Source: an uncultured Christensenellaceae bacterium | GTDB lineage: Bacteria > Bacillota > Clostridia > Christensenellales > UBA3700 | Length of the DNA stretch: 64,000 nucleotides | Direction: 5' to 3' | NCBI GenBank assembly: GCA_944381325.1 | Contig: CALWKS010000004.1 | Location: forward strand, 85,189-149,188 | Part shown: piece by piece, positions 10,039-19,512 of the stretch | Layout of the letters: every line of letters begins with the position of its first letter | Numbering within the stretch: position 1 is the first letter of the stretch | Notes under the pieces: model-generated | What the model saw: only the letters and a program-made list of their open reading frames with translations | Database searches by the model: none | What the model was told of the DNA's origin: nothing | Translations under genes and position numbers: made by a program

Positions 10039-10718
10039 TACGCGTTACCTCCTTCGTTATTTCCTGCGCCGGTCTTTCCGATGACCTCGCCCTTGTAAAC
10101 CCATACTTTGATACCGATGATACCGAAAGTGGTGTGAGCTTCTGCGAAGCCGTAATCGATATCAGCTCTGAGCGTCTGAAGAGGAATTGAACCCTCATGA
10201 TACTGCTCGCTCTTTGCGATTTCAACGCCGTCGAGTCTGCCGCTTGCCATAGCCTTGACACCCTTAGCTCCGGCTTTGATGGCACGGGTGATAGCCTGCT
10301 TCATAACGCGCTTGTAAGACATACGCTTTTCAAGCTGAGCCGCGATGCTTTCAGCAACGAGCTGTGCGTCTGTATCCGGTCTCTTTACTTCGTAAACGTT
10401 GACGTTGATTTCCTTACCCTTTACGACTGAGTTGAGCTCTTTTACGATCTGCTCTACGCCTGTACCCTGCTTGCCGATGAGCACGCCGGGCTTGCCGGTA
10501 TAGATGTTGACGGTGATGATTTCCGTCTTGGAAGAGCGAACTCTTGAAATCGTAACCTTGGAGATCGAACAGGTGTAATACTGCTTCTTGATGAAGTTTC
10601 TGATCTTGTTATCTTCAATAAGATAATCAGCGAAATTCTTCTTATCTGCGTACCACTGAGCTTCCCACTCTTTGATAACGCCTACTCTCATTCCGTTGGG
10701 ACTGACTTTCTGACCCAT
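10038..10718 (-). CDS. rpsC: 30S ribosomal protein S3 (uS3)
   Basis: 226 aa starting [13 protein letters not shown]. Confidence 0.97.
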   Translation of the reverse strand: MGQKVSPNGMRVGVIKEWEAQWYADKKNFADYLIEDNKIRNFIKKQYYTCSISKVTISRVRSSKTEIITVNIYTGKPGVLIGKQGTGVEQIVKELNSVVKGKEINVNVYEVKRPDTDAQLVAESIAAQLEKRMSYKRVMKQAITRAIKAGAKGVKAMASGRLDGVEIAKSEQYHEGSIPLQTLRADIDYGFAEAHTTFGIIGIKVWVYKGEVIGKTGAGNNEGGNA

Positions 10719-10735
10719 TGTTTTGACCTCCTTTC

Positions 10736-11125
10736 TTACTTAGCCATCACGTCGAGAACGACGGTGATGTGGCTGGTGCGTTTGTTGATTCTTGCCGCGC
10801 TGCCCTTAGCTCTCGGTCTGATTCTCTTGAGTATCGGACCCGCATTTGCGTAGCACTCTGCGACGTAAAGGTCGCTCTTGCTGAGGCTGAGGTTGTTCTC
10901 TGCGTTCGCAGCTGCGGAATTGAGCACCTTGAGCAGAGGCTCGCAAGCCGCCTTTTGCGTGTTCTTGAGGATAGCGACCGCGTCAGTGTATTTAGCGCCG
11001 CGGATAATGTCAAGAACTATTCTTACCTTATCGGGAGAGATTCTGACGTACTTCGCAATCGCTCTGGGACGCTTATCTGCGTTTTCCTGACGGAAAGCAG
11101 CCTTTTCTCTAATTCTTTTTGCCAT
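10736..11125 (-). CDS. rplV: 50S ribosomal protein L22 (uL22)
   Basis: 129 aa, conserved uL22 sequence and position. Confidence 0.95.
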   Translation of the reverse strand: MAKRIREKAAFRQENADKRPRAIAKYVRISPDKVRIVLDIIRGAKYTDAVAILKNTQKAACEPLLKVLNSAAANAENNLSLSKSDLYVAECYANAGPILKRIRPRAKGSAARINKRTSHITVVLDVMAK

Positions 11126-11141
11126 TTCTGTCTGCCTCCTC

Positions 11142-11420
11142 TTACTTCTTTCCGGTGGTCTTCTCGCCGGCGTGACCCTTGAACGTGCGGGTCGGAGCGA
11201 ATTCGCCGAGCTTGCAACCTACCATATCTTCCGTAACGTATACGGGAACGTGTTTTCTGCCGTCGTGAACTGCAATCGTATGACCAACCATATCGGGGAA
11301 GATTGTGGAGGAACGTGACCAGGTCTTAACGACTTTCTTCTCGTTCTTCTCGTTCATAGCGACGATTCTTTTGATAAGCCTTTCTTCTACGAAAGGTCCT
11401 TTCTTTACCGATCTACTCAT
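11142..11420 (-). CDS. rpsS: 30S ribosomal protein S19 (uS19)
   Basis: 92 aa starting [11 protein letters not shown]. Confidence 0.97.
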   Translation of the reverse strand: MSRSVKKGPFVEERLIKRIVAMNEKNEKKVVKTWSRSSTIFPDMVGHTIAVHDGRKHVPVYVTEDMVGCKLGEFAPTRTFKGHAGEKTTGKK

Positions 11421-11434
11421 CTTTCAATCCTCCG

Positions 11435-12256
11435 TTAGTTGATACGCTTGATAATGAACTTGTTGCTCTTGTTCTTCTTTCTGGTCTTGTAACCCAGAGT
11501 GGGAACGCCCCACGGGGTAACAGGACTGGGCATACCGATAGGCGACTTGCCTTCACCACCGCCGTGCGGGTGGTCGCAGGGGTTCATTACCACACCTCTT
11601 ACGGTCGGCTTAACGCCCATGTGACGTTTACGTCCTGCCTTACCGATGCTTACGATCTCGTGATCGAGATTGCCTACCTGACCGATAGTCGCTTTGCACT
11701 TGATGGAAATGTATCTCATCTCGCCGCTGGGCATTCTGAGGATCGCATACTTGCCTTCCTTAGCCATAAGCTGTGCAGCGTTGCCTGCAGCTCTTGCTAT
11801 CTGGCCGCCCTTGCCGGGGTGCATCTCGATGTTGTGGATCATCGTACCTACGGGGATCTTCTCAAGGGGCAAGCTGTTGCCGGTCTTGATGTCCGCGTCT
11901 TCGCCGCTTACTACTACGTCGCCTTTGTTGAGGCCTACGGGAGCGAGGATGTATCTCTTTTCGCCGTCTGCGTAGTGCAGGAGCGCGATGTTTGCGCTGC
12001 GGTTAGGATCGTATTCTATCGAAGCTACCTTTGCGGGAACGTTGTCCTTATTGCGCTTGAAGTCGATGATACGGTATTTGTTGCGGTTTCCGCCGCCGAT
12101 ATGTCTTACCGTGATTCTGCCGTTCGCGTTTCTGCCGCCCGTCTTGTTCTTGCTCTCGAGCAAGCTTCTTTCGGGAGTCGTCGTCGTGATTTCGCTGAAA
12201 GCGGAAGTCGTCATAAAACGACGCGCGGGAGAAGTAGGTTTATATCTTTTTATCAT
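11435..12256 (-). CDS. rplB: 50S ribosomal protein L2 (uL2)
   Basis: 273 aa; [10 protein letters not shown] motif. Confidence 0.97.
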   Translation of the reverse strand: MIKRYKPTSPARRFMTTSAFSEITTTTPERSLLESKNKTGGRNANGRITVRHIGGGNRNKYRIIDFKRNKDNVPAKVASIEYDPNRSANIALLHYADGEKRYILAPVGLNKGDVVVSGEDADIKTGNSLPLEKIPVGTMIHNIEMHPGKGGQIARAAGNAAQLMAKEGKYAILRMPSGEMRYISIKCKATIGQVGNLDHEIVSIGKAGRKRHMGVKPTVRGVVMNPCDHPHGGGEGKSPIGMPSPVTPWGVPTLGYKTRKKNKSNKFIIKRIN

Positions 12257-12272
12257 ATCCTTTGTCCTCCTA

Positions 12273-12563
12273 TCAGGTCAAACTCTCGAAGAACTCGATG
12301 GGTTTGCTGTCTGCCTTGAGCTGAACGATAGCTTTCTTGAAAGCTGCGGTCTTTCCCTCGTTTCTGCCCATTCTCTTGGTCTTGCCGTCGTAGTTGGAGG
12401 TGTTGACCTTTTCAACCTTGACGCCGAAGATATCCTCGATTGCTACCTTTATCTGCGTTTTCGTCGCCCTTTTGTCGACCTTGAAAGTGTACTTCTTGGA
12501 CTGAATTCCGTCGAAGCTCTTTTCACTCATCAACGGGCTGATGATAATGTCGTACTTGTTCAT
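12273..12563 (-). CDS. rplW: 50S ribosomal protein L23 (uL23)
   Basis: 96 aa; conserved position between rplD and rplB. Confidence 0.95.
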   Translation of the reverse strand: MNKYDIIISPLMSEKSFDGIQSKKYTFKVDKRATKTQIKVAIEDIFGVKVEKVNTSNYDGKTKRMGRNEGKTAAFKKAIVQLKADSKPIEFFESLT

Positions 12564-13201
12564 TACTCAGCTACCTCCTCGTAGTTGTAAGCCTTCTCGA
12601 GCTTTTCGACCGCCGCTTTGGTAACGATGCATTTAGCGTTTGCCGCCAGGTCGTATACGTTTACGAGGTCAGCGTTGATTACCGTAAGATTTTCGATATT
12701 AGCGCTTGCTCTGAGGATTGTTTCGTCGTTTTCGGAAACTACCAGAAGAACCTTGCTGTCGATGTTGAAGTTCTTGAGAACGGTTGCCATCAACTTGGTC
12801 TTAGCTTCCTTGAGCTTCAGCTCGTCCAGTACGATGAAATCGCCGTCTGCTACTTTTGCGCTGAGAGCGCTTACGGTAGCTGCATACTTCATCTTCTTGT
12901 TGATCTTCTGAGAGAAGTCTCTCTGCTTGGGAGCGAAAACCACGCCGCCGCCTGTCCACTGAGGACTGCGGATAGAGCCCTGTCTCGCACGACCCGTGCC
13001 CTTCTGTCTCCAGGGCTTGATACCGCCGCCTCTTACTTCGCTGCGGGTGAGCGTGCTCTTGTTGCCCTGTCTCTTATTTGCCATCTGAGCTACGACTACC
13101 TGGTGTACGAGCGGCTCGTTGTATTCCTGAGCGAATACCGCGTCGGACAGCTCCATCGTGCCCACTTTCTTCGCACTTATATTAAAAACGTCTACTTTCA
13201 T
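12563..13201 (-). CDS. rplD: 50S ribosomal protein L4 (uL4)
   Basis: 212 aa; RGGGIKPWRQKGTGRARQGS motif. Confidence 0.97.
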   Translation of the reverse strand: MKVDVFNISAKKVGTMELSDAVFAQEYNEPLVHQVVVAQMANKRQGNKSTLTRSEVRGGGIKPWRQKGTGRARQGSIRSPQWTGGGVVFAPKQRDFSQKINKKMKYAATVSALSAKVADGDFIVLDELKLKEAKTKLMATVLKNFNIDSKVLLVVSENDETILRASANIENLTVINADLVNVYDLAANAKCIVTKAAVEKLEKAYNYEEVAE

Positions 13202-13212
13202 TTCGCTTCTCC

Positions 13213-13845
13213 TTATTGTGCCTTGTAGCTGGTCTTCACGGTAACGAGTCCGCCCTTGTTGCCGGGGATCGCGCCCTTGATGAGCAGCAGGTTGCGCTCT
13301 TTGTCCACTCTGACGACGGTCAGATTCTGAACGGTAACCTTTTCGTTACCCCAGTGTCCTGACATCTTCTTGTTCTTGAAAACTCTTGAAGGAGTGGAGT
13401 TTGCGCTCAAGGAACCTACGCCTCTGTGGTAACCTGAACCGTGTGCCATAGGGCCGCAGTGCTGATTCCATCTCTTGATCGCACCGGTAAAGCCCTTACC
13501 TTTGGAGACGCCCACAACGTCGACCTTGTCGCCGACTGCGAATACGTCGCAGGTAATGTTGCTGCCTACCTCGATGCTTTCAGCGTTGTCGACCTTGAGC
13601 TCTCTGAGATGTCTCTTGGGCGCTACGCCTGCCTTTTCGAAGTGGCCTTTGACGGGCTTGGTTACGTTCTTTGCCTTGATTTCGCCGAACGCTACCTGAA
13701 TTGCGCTGTAACCGTCTTTTTCCTGAGTCTTCTTCTGAACTACGGGGCACGGACCTGCCTCAACTACCGTTACTGGTATTACGGTGCCGTCCTCGGTGAA
13801 GATCTGGCTCATTCCCAATTTCTTTCCAATGATTGCTTTATTCAT
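13213..13845 (-). CDS. rplC: 50S ribosomal protein L3 (uL3)
   Basis: 210 aa; [17 protein letters not shown] motifs. Confidence 0.97.
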   Translation of the reverse strand: MNKAIIGKKLGMSQIFTEDGTVIPVTVVEAGPCPVVQKKTQEKDGYSAIQVAFGEIKAKNVTKPVKGHFEKAGVAPKRHLRELKVDNAESIEVGSNITCDVFAVGDKVDVVGVSKGKGFTGAIKRWNQHCGPMAHGSGYHRGVGSLSANSTPSRVFKNKKMSGHWGNEKVTVQNLTVVRVDKERNLLLIKGAIPGNKGGLVTVKTSYKAQ

Positions 13846-13930
13846 AGATAAAGTTCACCTCCGTATTTATTTCGTCCGCGCTTTTTGGGTCAACGCGGAA
13901 CCGTATTGTTGTCTTGTTTGTGTTGCCGTA

Positions 13931-14239
13931 TCAGAGCTTGATCTTGATATCTACGCCTGCAGGCAGAGTCAGCTTCATGAGTGATTCCATTGCCTTAGCA
14001 GAGGGATTGTAGATGTCGATAAGTCTCTTGTGAGTTCTGAGTTCGAACTGCTCGCGGCTGTCCTTATATTTGTGTACCGCGCGAAGAATGGTAACTACTT
14101 CCTTCTCCGTGGGGAGCGGGATAGGTCCGCTGACCTTAACGCCGCATCTGGTTACCGTGTCGACGATCTTGCTTGCAGCTTCGTCGATAAGGTTGTGATC
14201 ATAAGCTCTGAGTCTTATTCTGATGATTTGTCCTGCCAT
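13931..14239 (-). CDS. rpsJ: 30S ribosomal protein S10 (uS10)
   Basis: 102 aa; [10 protein letters not shown] motif; first gene of the S10 operon. Confidence 0.97.
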   Translation of the reverse strand: MAGQIIRIRLRAYDHNLIDEAASKIVDTVTRCGVKVSGPIPLPTEKEVVTILRAVHKYKDSREQFELRTHKRLIDIYNPSAKAMESLMKLTLPAGVDIKIKL

Positions 14240-14308
14240 TTTCTTTTACTCCTTTTTCCTAACTTACATATTCACGTGCCCGTGTGTTTCACACCGCTCC
14301 ATTTATAA

Positions 14309-14327
14309 AAGGCGCGCAGTTCGCCTT
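14309..14327 (-). promoter_or_regulatory. hairpin plus short U-run in the rpsJ leader (possible attenuator)
   Basis: minus strand AAGGCG-aactgcg-CGCCTT followed by TTTATAAAT, about 70 nt upstream of the rpsJ ATG. Confidence 0.3.
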
Positions 14328-14422
14328 CCGTTAGTCGCCCGATTGTCGGACTCTTGTCCGCGGAAATTCTCTGCATTTGCAGTAACCTCCCGCTTCATCC
14401 CGTTTTTCGCGGTGCACAAGGA

Positions 14423-14451
14423 ATTATATAGGTATAGGAATTATTAGTCAA
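14423..14451 (-). promoter_or_regulatory. S10 operon promoter (TTGACT-17 nt-TATAAT)
   Basis: read on minus strand: -35 at 14446..14451, -10 at 14423..14428; leaves a leader of roughly 180 nt. Confidence 0.65.
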
Positions 14452-14594
14452 ATAAATGAAATAAGAAATTTTAAAATGAAATGTAAAATTTATGTAAAAT
14501 CGTATTTTTGCAGCCTTTTTTATTCATTTTCATAATAAAAGGTTGTAAAAACGCGCCCCGCATCAACGGAGCGCGTCTCTCATTCATGACCGTT

Positions 14595-14795
14595 TCAGCC
14601 CTTTGCAGCTTCGTTGAGCTTCTCTACCAGTTCGTCAACGTCAACGCCGTGTGCGTTAGCCGCGTCCTCAACCGTTTCGTTGTGAGCGAGAGCGCATCCC
14701 AGGCAGTGCATGCCTACACTGAAAAGTACGTTTGCTATTGCGTCTACGTCGCCCTCTTTGAGCGCGTCTGCTATAAGCATATCCTTGGTTATCAT
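14595..14795 (-). CDS. DUF1858-type small redox-disulfide domain protein
   Basis: 66 aa; GMHCLGCALAHNETVEDAANAHGVDVDELVEKLN matches the hybrid-cluster-associated CxxC family pattern. Confidence 0.7.
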   Translation of the reverse strand: MITKDMLIADALKEGDVDAIANVLFSVGMHCLGCALAHNETVEDAANAHGVDVDELVEKLNEAAKG

Positions 14796-14930
14796 ATTTA
14801 CCTCCGTCAGAGCTTGAAGCCCTTATATATTATTATTTATTTTATCAATATTATATATGCGGCTGCCAAGCCGCCCTTTTGCAATATTATTTTAGTCAAT
14901 CGTAACCGATATTGCAAGCGATTTGCATCT

Positions 14931-16049
14931 TTACGCAAAGAAAAGCATATATATCATCCATATCAGAAGCGCGCCGACTCCTGCGCAGAACAACGCAAAG
15001 AAGAAGGTCTTTATCGGAGACAGCGGAGCTTTGCCCACTGTTCTGCCGTTTCTGCCGTTGACCACGAAACCGTAATCCTTGCCCTTGTAGCGGTAAGAAC
15101 TTGCCCACACCGGCGCAAGCACGTACTTGTATTTAGTCTCGCTGAAAACGGGGCGAACATTGATATAATCCACCCTGTCGGCATCGGGATATCTGTTTCT
15201 TATCTGAGACTTCACGTTATCTATCATGAGATTTTTCGCTACGTCCCAGCTGTCGTCAAGTCCCTTCGAATAGCGCTCTGCAGAATAGCCTGAAAGATAT
15301 TCTTCCTCGAACTGGATCGAATTCTTGGTATCGAAACCGCCCATCTTCGTCAGCTGTTTTTGCTGCAATCTGTCGCTTGCTCCCACCAGAACGTCGTCGA
15401 AGTATGAATTTATCGAGCCTGACACGTTGTACCATCTTACGCGCGTTTCCGTACGCCTGTTCTTGCCCGTTCCCACCGTTACGGTATAGGTCTTTCCCAG
15501 CCTTGCGTCGTAAGTCGCATAAACGTTTGAATCAAACGTCCAGGAAGGTATGTATATGCCTCTCATTTTGGAGGTTTTGGCGAGCTTTTTCAGATTGGAC
15601 GGAGCTAAGAACTTTTTGCCCATCCACTTCTTCAGGCTTTCGTGCGCCTTGGGTTCTCCTATCAGGAACGGAAGCACCGCGTTGGGTTTAAGCCCGGGCA
15701 CTTCGTCGCTCTCGACGAGATTGGGCGCGCCGCAGAAAGGACACACCGTAACCGTCTGATATTTTTCAAGCAGAGTCTTTGCTCCGCAGACGGGACACTG
15801 TATGCACTTGACTTCCCCCCAGCCGCTGTAACCCTGCTCTGAAAGCGAGGTGTAATACAGCTCCATAGGCGGCTTGGGCGCAGGAACGTCGCGTTCGCAG
15901 CCGCAATAGTCGCATTTCATCTTGCCCGAATCGGGATCGTACTTGAGAAAGTTGCCGCACCCCGGACATTTGAAAGTGTCGCTTTCGACCTCTTTTGCAG
16001 AGTTTACGTCTACGGCAGAATTCACTTCTGTTTCAGCGTTTTTACCCAT
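14931..16049 (-). CDS. double zinc-ribbon protein with C-terminal membrane anchor (YdjG-like, tentative)
   Basis: 372 aa; CPGCG...CDYCG and CPVCG...CPFCG ribbons; C-terminal hydrophobic helix FFFALFCAGVGALLIWMIYMLFF; 29 nt downstream of the SPFH gene. Confidence 0.6.
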   Translation of the reverse strand: MGKNAETEVNSAVDVNSAKEVESDTFKCPGCGNFLKYDPDSGKMKCDYCGCERDVPAPKPPMELYYTSLSEQGYSGWGEVKCIQCPVCGAKTLLEKYQTVTVCPFCGAPNLVESDEVPGLKPNAVLPFLIGEPKAHESLKKWMGKKFLAPSNLKKLAKTSKMRGIYIPSWTFDSNVYATYDARLGKTYTVTVGTGKNRRTETRVRWYNVSGSINSYFDDVLVGASDRLQQKQLTKMGGFDTKNSIQFEEEYLSGYSAERYSKGLDDSWDVAKNLMIDNVKSQIRNRYPDADRVDYINVRPVFSETKYKYVLAPVWASSYRYKGKDYGFVVNGRNGRTVGKAPLSPIKTFFFALFCAGVGALLIWMIYMLFFA

Positions 16050-16078
16050 AACTCCTCTCTTTAAGACTTCTCTTTACC

Positions 16079-17203
16079 TTACTTTATCTTTGCACCGCAC
16101 TCGGGGCAGAACTTTGCGCCCGCCTTGACTTTCACGCCGCACTTGGGACATACTTTTGGCGCGAGACTCTCTCCGCATTCGGGACAGAACTTCGTGCCTT
16201 CGTCAACCTCTTTGCCGCAAGAAGGGCATTTGATTTTGACTACCTTCATCGGCTTGCCGCATTCAGGGCAGAACTTTGCCCCTTTCTTTGCAGACGCGCC
16301 GCAATGCGGACATTTCTCTCCGCTCTCGACCGCGCCCGACATGCCTTCTGCAAACATCTTGCCGATCCCGAGACCTGCGCCGAGGCCTACGCCTGCGCCT
16401 GCCAGTCCGCCCATACCGGGATTTTTAGCCGCGTCGCGCATAGCGCCGAGGGATTCCATCTGAGCATATCCGCCCATTGCGTCGCCCATAACGCCTACGG
16501 ATGTGCGCTTGTCTATCATCTTTTCGACCTCTTCGGGCACTGAAAGGTTTTCTATGTAAAGTCCCTTTATCTCTATGCCCATTCTGCCGAAGTCTTCTCT
16601 CATCTTACCGAGAGCAATTTCTGCGATATCGTCGTAATTAGCCGCGAGCTCAAGCGCGCTTGCTCCGCTTTCAGCAATCGAATTGGTCAGAACGCTCACG
16701 ATAATCTTCTTGAAATAATTGTCCACGTCGGACACGGTAAGTCCGCCCGTCGAGCCGAACAACTCGTTCATTGCGTAAGTCGGCACGCCTATTGCGAAAG
16801 AATATACGCCGTAACCGCGCACGCGCACCATTCCGAAATCCTTATCCTTCATCATAACGGGATTGGACGTGCCCCACTTATTGTCTATAAACTGCTTCGT
16901 AGACACAAAGTAAAGGTCGCCCGTATAAGGACTTTCCCACGCCGTCTTCCAGTGATAAAGCGCGGTAAGCAAAGGAATGTTCTTTATATCGTCAAGCTCG
17001 TATGTGCCAGGTCCGAACACGTCGCACAGTTTGCCTTCCTTTATGAATATTGCTTTCTGTCCTTCTCTGACTACCAGAGTGGACTTGCGCATGATCTCTT
17101 CTTTGCGCTCAAGCGGATATTTCCAGACGATAGCGTTTTTATCGTCTGTTTCCCATTGAATTACTTTACGGAATTGTCTTTTAAGAAAATCTCCTAATCC
17201 CAT
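16079..17203 (-). CDS. SPFH/band-7 family protein with three C-terminal zinc ribbons (YdjI/COG4260-like)
   Basis: 374 aa; N-terminus MGLGDFLKRQFRKVIQWETDD typical of the YdjI family; Gly/Ala-rich linker; three repeats of CPxCG-x(7-9)-KFCPECG. Confidence 0.75.
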   Translation of the reverse strand: MGLGDFLKRQFRKVIQWETDDKNAIVWKYPLERKEEIMRKSTLVVREGQKAIFIKEGKLCDVFGPGTYELDDIKNIPLLTALYHWKTAWESPYTGDLYFVSTKQFIDNKWGTSNPVMMKDKDFGMVRVRGYGVYSFAIGVPTYAMNELFGSTGGLTVSDVDNYFKKIIVSVLTNSIAESGASALELAANYDDIAEIALGKMREDFGRMGIEIKGLYIENLSVPEEVEKMIDKRTSVGVMGDAMGGYAQMESLGAMRDAAKNPGMGGLAGAGVGLGAGLGIGKMFAEGMSGAVESGEKCPHCGASAKKGAKFCPECGKPMKVVKIKCPSCGKEVDEGTKFCPECGESLAPKVCPKCGVKVKAGAKFCPECGAKIK

Positions 17204-17333
17204 ATTATCCTCCTGACGGCATAAGCCGTGATTTAACCTTTTGATTATATTATAGAGATACGCGCGCGCGTTGTCAAGGTTGTTTTTAATCGCGCGACGG
17301 CATAACGCGTGTGCCGCGGCAATATTAAATAAT

Positions 17334-18791
17334 ATGAAAGCGATGAAATTTAAAGTATTGTATGCGGCGGTTTTTTCTCTGCTTCTGCTATCTCCTCTTC
17401 TGATGTTGGTATCATGCGAAAGCGCCCAAGCTCAGCAGACCAACGCGATTTACGATCTTTCCGTCTATGTTGACGGCGCCGAAAACAAAGTCAGCGTGGA
17501 TATGACTGCAACTGTGATCAACACGTTCAAAGACGGACTGGATACACTCGTCTTTGCGTTTTACCCCGACGCTTTCACGCTTAAAAATCCTCCCCCCGTA
17601 GACGCTTCTATGATGCACGCCGCTTATCCTCACGGGATAAACGCGGGCGGATACGTCTTTATGCAGTCAGGCGGAGAAAACGTAAAAAGCGCGTCGATAT
17701 GCGAAACGCCATGCAAAATTCAGATAACGCTCAGAAATCCTCTCTCGCTAGGGGAAAGCACAAAGGTAACTTTTTCTTACGACCTCACTCTTCCTCTGTG
17801 CAACGCGCGCTACGGGTATAACGACTTTTCAATAAATCTTTCCTTCTTTTACCCTCAGCTGTGCAGATACGATAAAAACACTCAAGACTTCGTATTTTAC
17901 GACTATCTGTCTACGGGAGACCCTTTTGTCTTTGACGTAGCGGATTATTCTCTGAAACTCGACTGCCCCGCAGACTGGCAGATCGCTTGCTCTGCCCGAG
18001 AAACAGACAATTCAAATAATGTCCGCTCTTATTCTGCAAGCTCTCTGAGAGACTTAGCGCTGTTTATCGCTCCCGAAGCAGAAAGCACTACGGTATCAGC
18101 AAACGGATATACCGTAAACGTAATTCACGACGGCTCTTTCTCATACGCAGCGCAATACGCCGCGGACGCTCTCTCGATCTTCTCAGAGTCATTCTGCGAA
18201 TTGCCGCATAAAAACTATTCTCTGGTCTTCACCCCGTTTATGACAGGCGGAGCAGAATTCAGCAATGCCGCCCTTATTTCTTCATCGCTGTCTTTTACCG
18301 ACGTTGAAAAAATCGTCGTTCACGAAGCGGCGCACCAATGGTGGTACAACCTCGTAGGAAGCGATCAGGTCTCTTCCCCGTGGCAGGACGAAGCGCTTGC
18401 GCAATGGTCTGCTCTTCTTTACTTTCAAAAACGCGGAATGAGCACATATGCGGAGTCTTTACTGAACGGTCTTCAGTCTGAATACGTCAACTACGTAAGA
18501 ACTCAGAGAGAACTGGGAGAAAACGCGCTCTGTAATGTTATGAGAAGCACGACGGACTACAGAGATTTCACAGATTACTACATTACCGTATACTGCAAGG
18601 CAACCGTTGCCGTAAACGTTGCCGCTGACAGCGTAACAGCCGAAAAATTTTGCGAAGCGCTTTCTCTTTACGCAAAACGCAACTCAGGCTCTTTCGCAAT
18701 GCCCGATGACCTGTTTGATTCTCTCAACGAATATTCCGAAGGACTGGGAAGCATGCTGAAAAGCTCTTTTATGATTTCTCCTTACGGCTGA
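17334..18791 (+). CDS. M1-family (gluzincin) metallopeptidase, probable lipoprotein
   Basis: HEAAHQWWY...WQDEALAQW = HExxH plus downstream E; N-terminal signal with LVSC lipobox; start chosen at ATG 17334 (track ORF starts at an upstream TTG). Confidence 0.75.
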   Translation: MKAMKFKVLYAAVFSLLLLSPLLMLVSCESAQAQQTNAIYDLSVYVDGAENKVSVDMTATVINTFKDGLDTLVFAFYPDAFTLKNPPPVDASMMHAAYPHGINAGGYVFMQSGGENVKSASICETPCKIQITLRNPLSLGESTKVTFSYDLTLPLCNARYGYNDFSINLSFFYPQLCRYDKNTQDFVFYDYLSTGDPFVFDVADYSLKLDCPADWQIACSARETDNSNNVRSYSASSLRDLALFIAPEAESTTVSANGYTVNVIHDGSFSYAAQYAADALSIFSESFCELPHKNYSLVFTPFMTGGAEFSNAALISSSLSFTDVEKIVVHEAAHQWWYNLVGSDQVSSPWQDEALAQWSALLYFQKRGMSTYAESLLNGLQSEYVNYVRTQRELGENALCNVMRSTTDYRDFTDYYITVYCKATVAVNVAADSVTAEKFCEALSLYAKRNSGSFAMPDDLFDSLNEYSEGLGSMLKSSFMISPYG

Positions 18792-18820
18792 TACAAGACA
18801 ACGCGTATTTAAAAATTCAG

Positions 18821-18837
18821 GGCGGCAAAAAGCCGCC
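18821..18837 (+). terminator. rho-independent terminator after the peptidase gene
   Basis: GGCGGC-aaaaa-GCCGCC followed by TTTATTTTT. Confidence 0.75.
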
Positions 18838-18964
18838 TTTATTTTTGATCTTAATTTTATTCTCGGCAACGCAAAACGCATAAGGTAAATATTTACAGCG
18901 CCGCTACGGATAAAACACTGCCTTCGTAACATAATACAAGTAGCCTAAAAAGGAGGTTAAAGTG

Positions 18965-19081
18965 ATGAAGAAAGCTAATCAGGCAAAGCAGAAAGCCGGT
19001 CGCGCTCAGCAGACCAAGAACTGCGGCAAGATGTGCGGCGGCAAATGCTGCAATGAAAGCGGTCAGCATCAGAACGACTGA
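18965..19081 (+). CDS. 38-aa basic, Cys-rich micro-protein (unannotated small ORF)
   Basis: hand-translated MKKANQAKQKAGRAQQTKNCGKMCGGKCCNESGQHQND; AAAGGAGG 8 nt upstream of ATG; isolated between two terminators. Confidence 0.55.
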   Translation: MKKANQAKQKAGRAQQTKNCGKMCGGKCCNESGQHQND

Positions 19082-19247
19082 CGCATTTTAAGGCGAACTG
19101 ACGGAATAATTGAATAAATATCCGTCAAATATCCGCTGAAACGCTTATAAACCGCATATTTAAGCACAAAAAACGGTTAAAATACGGTTTATGGACAAAA
19201 CGGCTCATCATTCTCGGGCTAAAAACCAAAAAAGCGGAAAAAAGAAA

Positions 19248-19277
19248 GGGAGGTATCCGAATTCTCGGATACCTCCC
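19248..19277. terminator. bidirectional rho-independent terminator
   Basis: 13-bp perfect stem GGGAGGTATCCGA/TCGGATACCTCCC; A-run upstream and T-run downstream; lies between convergent transcription units. Confidence 0.8.
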
Positions 19278-19512
19278 TTCCTTTTATTATATGATAAGGG
19301 GGAAAATTATGAGCTCTTTTATTTACAGTTTGCATTTTATCACCGTCTTAAAATTTTGTCAACAGTTTTTTACAACTTTTTTAAAAATTTTTTTATCGGT
19401 AAAAATGCCGCTCTTTTTTTATGCGATTTATTAAAATAGTATTAAAAATATGCACATTTTAACACTGGAAAACCTCATAAAAGCGCTTTTCGGGGATTAT
19501 TCCACGATTATT

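Noticed and set aside
19309-19434. 41-aa hydrophobic ORF (MSSFIYSLHFITVLKFCQQFF...) with GGGGG upstream
   Set aside because: It lies in a very AT-rich terminator/promoter spacer. Its Phe/Leu/Ile/Lys-rich composition is what T-rich DNA yields by chance, and there is no other support.
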